Below are positions 60,064-64,000 of a DNA stretch of 64,000 bases, piece after piece. Position 1 is the first letter of the stretch. The number at the start of each line of letters is the position of its first letter. The notes beneath the pieces were generated by a model that was not told where the DNA came from, did no database searches, and saw only the letters and a program-made list of their open reading frames with translations. The stretch covers positions 481,643 to 545,642 of the forward strand of contig CAJINV010000001.1 in NCBI GenBank assembly GCA_905178155.1, in the 5' to 3' direction. The DNA comes from Amoebophrya sp. A120. Taxonomy: Eukaryota; Protista; Dinoflagellata. The position numbers were made by a program, and so were the translations under genes.

Positions 60064-62672
60064 TTTCGCTGGCGGTGCGTCGCGTCACCTACTTTTACGA
60101 AGCCGCGAACTCATCTTTTCTGGTTCCTTTCGGCAGACGTTGGCGCGAACGATCTGCCGTGTCTATGCTTTTTCGAAAGATCCACAGAGTGTGATTTTTA
60201 CATAGATATTTGCTTGGCAGCAGCAAGGATACTTTATCCAGATCTCTATTGGTGACGATGACCGATTTTTTTCATGCTTCTACCGTGGCGAAGAACACAG
60301 CGGGTCATAGATGGCGACGATTTTCGCAAACGTGTCGCGGTCAAGGGGTTCTGCAGATAATAGCAGTTCCGATCGTTATTTCATCTTGCGTAGTTTCGCG
60401 AAACTATAGTTTGTTTGTTCAGCATTTTCATGGAAAAGGGAAACGGTATCTCTAAGCTTTTGACATTTTTGATTTCAACAGAATCGTAGTCTTTCATTCG
60501 TTTCTTTCAGAACGCATTTAGTATCCCCTTTCTTCTTCACCAAAGCCGCGGGATCTACTCCCTTACAACATACTAGCAGCACCAGCAATTCTTTTCCGTT
60601 TTCTTTTTCTTCCCTAAAATTGCGTCGCGCGTGTGTATTCCTGCGCTGCCGGCATGATGCATCGCGTTTGAGTAGTCACCCGTTCCGACCGAGTAGTTTG
60701 CGAAGGCGTGGTGTGGGGGCGCAGGAGGGGCGTAGCCGTACGCTGCAGGTACTCCTACTCCTACTCCTACTCCCCCCGCCGCAAAAGCGGAGGCGTCGGT
60801 GCTGTAGGGATTGAAAGAAGGGTAGTAGGGCGCCGCGGGGGGTACTGGAATACCGGAGCTGGCGGAAGCTGATTTGAATCAATGGTGCAACTTTCATGTT
60901 TGAATACCATCACCGTGCTATGGAATTTCATCCAAATTTCCCCCCTGCAATCAACAAGAAAAGCGTACTAATTATTTATGTCTCGTCGCTGAGACTATTA
61001 ACATCGCGCACCAATCTTTTGTATACTACCTTTTTGTGGCCCATCTCCCGATGGCGTGAAAGTGAATCCTCCTGGAAACCCTATCGTGAACGTGGCCGGT
61101 TGCTCCGCCGGTTCCAAGTTCGCGACGCTGAAACCCTTCAGAACGTCAGCACCAATATCCAAGAAAAAAACATTGTTAGTGTAAATTAGCGATGCGCAAC
61201 ATACAAGATGATTGCGTCTCTCATGCTTGGCATGCATTGTAGGGCGCATTAAAGGGCGTTTTCACATACTATCTGCGCATGACAGGTTTTTGCTGTCCTG
61301 CCAGACAGATTTGCAATGCTCCAAAAAAGTTACACCTACAACGTAGTTTTCTTGGATAACCAACGGCCTTGGGCGATAAACCAGAGCCCTTTGACGACTG
61401 AGCAGTGAGAGTTTTTGTCATTTTGAGGTCTTACTTTTGGGAAAAGCAGGAAGAACTACTTAACGCGTGAAATTGAAGTCTGATTTACCGCGATGAACCT
61501 CAATAAACTCTTAAAACACAAACTCTACCTGGTCGCGCAATATTAAAGGCGAGGTCGTTAATACACTTCATTCTTTCTAGGAGAGTTGGCTCTGATCGAG
61601 ATGGGTAGAACAAGCGAAAGCAGCTTTGGAAATAGATGCTGAGGTCCTCTGTCTGTGCGCTTATTTTGCTCTCGATTTCCTACGGCGTTCGCTCAAGTCA
61701 ATCCGTCAATACCATCTGACTTCATCTCTCTACTGCTTGATGCCTCTCATGCAGCTAGCGGCGCGAAAAAATGCGCAGTCTGCACGCTTATCTGCGAGAC
61801 AAGAAAAACGCGAACAAGGTGCCTTCGCAGTAAACTAATAAATAGCTGCTTGTGCAACCCTTTGCGGGTGCCACATTTTTTTGCTTTTCCAGTGCATTTT
61901 CCCACACGAGGTAGCACTACATGAAAGAACGTTGTGCGTAATGAGCAAACACTTTAGTTCACGGCGTGAAAACGCTTCACGGAGCCTAAGCTCTTAATGG
62001 TAAATTTGTCTAAGGAAAACTGATCTCGTCTGATACTGCGTAGTACTGTCGACTGATTTATACAAATTTGAAGATTCACGCTGTACTATACCACAAAACA
62101 TTTGGATCTATTTCATCTTCTGCTAACCGTAACAATACTCACATAAAAAGCTGCTTGAGAATGGTCCATCTAGGACCGTTTCCCACATCTTCCCGTTCTG
62201 TTGTCGTCACTGCCAGGAAAAGTAGCATTGTAGTTGTCCACCTAAACGGGAAGAAGTCTTCTAGAATCCGCCATCCTTCTGCGCAAACCGATGCGCAGCT
62301 GCTTCTTCTGCTTTTTTATTTTAGTTCACGAAAAACTCTGCTATACTCCAGGTACTACCAAAGTTGTGTCTGATTCTAATCAAGTCTGATAAGCTTTAAA
62401 ACTGATCGTCTGATAATTTCTCATGCTAAAATAGGGAACAATCTGTGAAGTATGTGAAAATTAGAAATTCGGTGTCTGCTATAGCTGCAATTCGACTGCA
62501 CTACACACGTTTCGTATCGTGTGCCGCAAGTTCTGATTTCTGCTTCCTTGTCGTATGAGAAGCGGTTGAACTATCTCATACTTTGAATTTGTCTGAAGAT
62601 TCTGCTATTATAACAAAAGGGTTCTGCTTTTTTCGCACATTTTCCAGGCATTATCGTGATGTCCCGGACTTT

Positions 62673-64000
62673 TTACATCGACGGATCGACGACGACGTTC
62701 CTGTTGTTATTTCGGGGGTTCGATATTTTGATTTTCTCCATTTGCATAGGGACTTGGGAATGACAAATCAAAACACTTTCATCGCTTCCTGCATGACAAA
62801 TAACCAAAAAAGCAAAGTACTCTTTCTTGATTCTCTCGATGTCCTTCTCGAGCTGGGTAAGCATTTTTTCTTGCTGCTCCTTCCGTCGCATCTTACCCAC
62901 GGTGTCGAGTTTGGTCAAGTGCGCGCCAAGCTGGTATTCACTGTTCACTTCCTCCCACTTGGCCTGTGTTTTTTTGTTTCGTTTCGTTTGTCACGCATTT
63001 CAAATCGGTCATGGTATCGTCATGCTCATGCCTCTATTAGTTTTAGTTGTCAGTCTCAGTACTCAAAAATATAAGAAAAAATCATGTCCTCACCTTCAGC
63101 GCCTGAATCAGCGCCTCCTTTTCCACTGGGTCAAGCGGTCGCTTCTGGACCATCTTTTCCCGTTCCTCGTTCTGGAGGTCTCTTATGTATTGGTACTCAG
63201 CCTCGATATCCTTCTTGATCTGCCCGATGTAAGCCGGGACCTGGTTGTCGTGTTTTCGAGTGCGATGTTGATGAACAATGCGCATCCATTTTCACTGTGG
63301 TTGGGCATGAAAGAGGAAAAGCGAATGAATAACATGCAACAGTGAGTGAAGAGCCTGGTAAAAGCATAAGCAATTTTCAGCAACAGTAGAAATCCGAAAA
63401 AAAATCTCCGGTACCTTGCCGTAGTCGTCCTTGTTCAAAAAGTCTTCCTCGCTGTTTTTTTCCTTCTTCGGTGCCATCAGGATGTTCTCCACTGCATTTG
63501 CGACGATGAAATTCTTGCTTGTTACCTGATTTTTGTTATTGGAACCAAGGAATAAGTAAAACCAGATCATCTTCTACTTCACGCTGTCATGCTAGCAGTT
63601 CATACGCACGAACAGATGAGCAACTGAAGTCACATATCACAATGTCACGCATGCGAATGAGTAAAAATCACTCTGAAAAAATTGAGTATACCAGGTTCAT
63701 AATTGGCTTCTCCTCCTTCCCTGGAAGTGCTGGCTTCATCTTCTCCTTCAGTGTCGTTGGCTTCAACTTCTCTGGGTGCTCCTTCTTTATCGTGCCTGAT
63801 AAGATATTCAAATTCATTTTTCTTTTTCACGATCATGATCTTCCATACAAGAACGCCTTGACAGCGACTACAGGTTTGAGATTGAAAGTGGTCAACACTC
63901 GCTCCTGCATCTAAAACCAACCAAGGCAGCACAACAAGAAGATGAAAATCAGAAACAATCAGTTTCAAGTACGCAAAGTGGCGACCGGCTTGGCATACTG
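62673..64000 (-). CDS. ENKUR: Enkurin-domain flagellar protein; 5' end lies beyond the window
   Basis: Motifs KNFIVANAVENIL, DYGK|VPAYIGQIKKDI, LK|AKWEEVNSEYQ, RRKEQQEKMLTQLEKDIERI; GT-AG introns 63241-63414, 62964-63093 and 62701-62820. Confidence 0.85.

Noticed and set aside
61190-61350. Possible decayed introner carrying a GCATGACA motif
   Set aside because: No TIR pair, DR or flanking exon frame could be established.

Overview
Eukaryotic DNA, most likely from a syndinian dinoflagellate such as Amoebophrya (inferred from gene content, intron type and gene orientation). All recognisable genes lie on the minus strand. About 40 short (140-345 bp core) MITE-like elements interrupt coding sequence. 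They nearly always begin TAT and end ATA, carry terminal inverted repeats (TIRs) of at least 8 types, and are flanked by a 5-bp direct repeat (DR). Removing each element plus one DR copy restores reading frames, so they behave as non-GT-AG introns (introners). They fragment three tandem ~1000-aa secreted TIGR02466-like 2OG-Fe(II) oxygenase paralogs. Main new observations: (i) four pairs of introners sit within 0-2 nt of the same homologous site in different paralogs, three of the pairs being from different families; (ii) three introners carry nested insertions (a 5.4-kb RT-RNaseH LINE and two unknown elements), each landing at a GCATGACA/TTGTCATGC-type motif shared across families; (iii) a ~2000-codon introner-free gene is split by a frameshift at (CCTG)6; (iv) one intron holds four extra copies of its own exon/donor junction. 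Other genes: an SRP54/Ffh M-domain-only protein, a coiled-coil plus alpha-adaptin-ear protein, and enkurin. All coordinates and alignments were read by eye.
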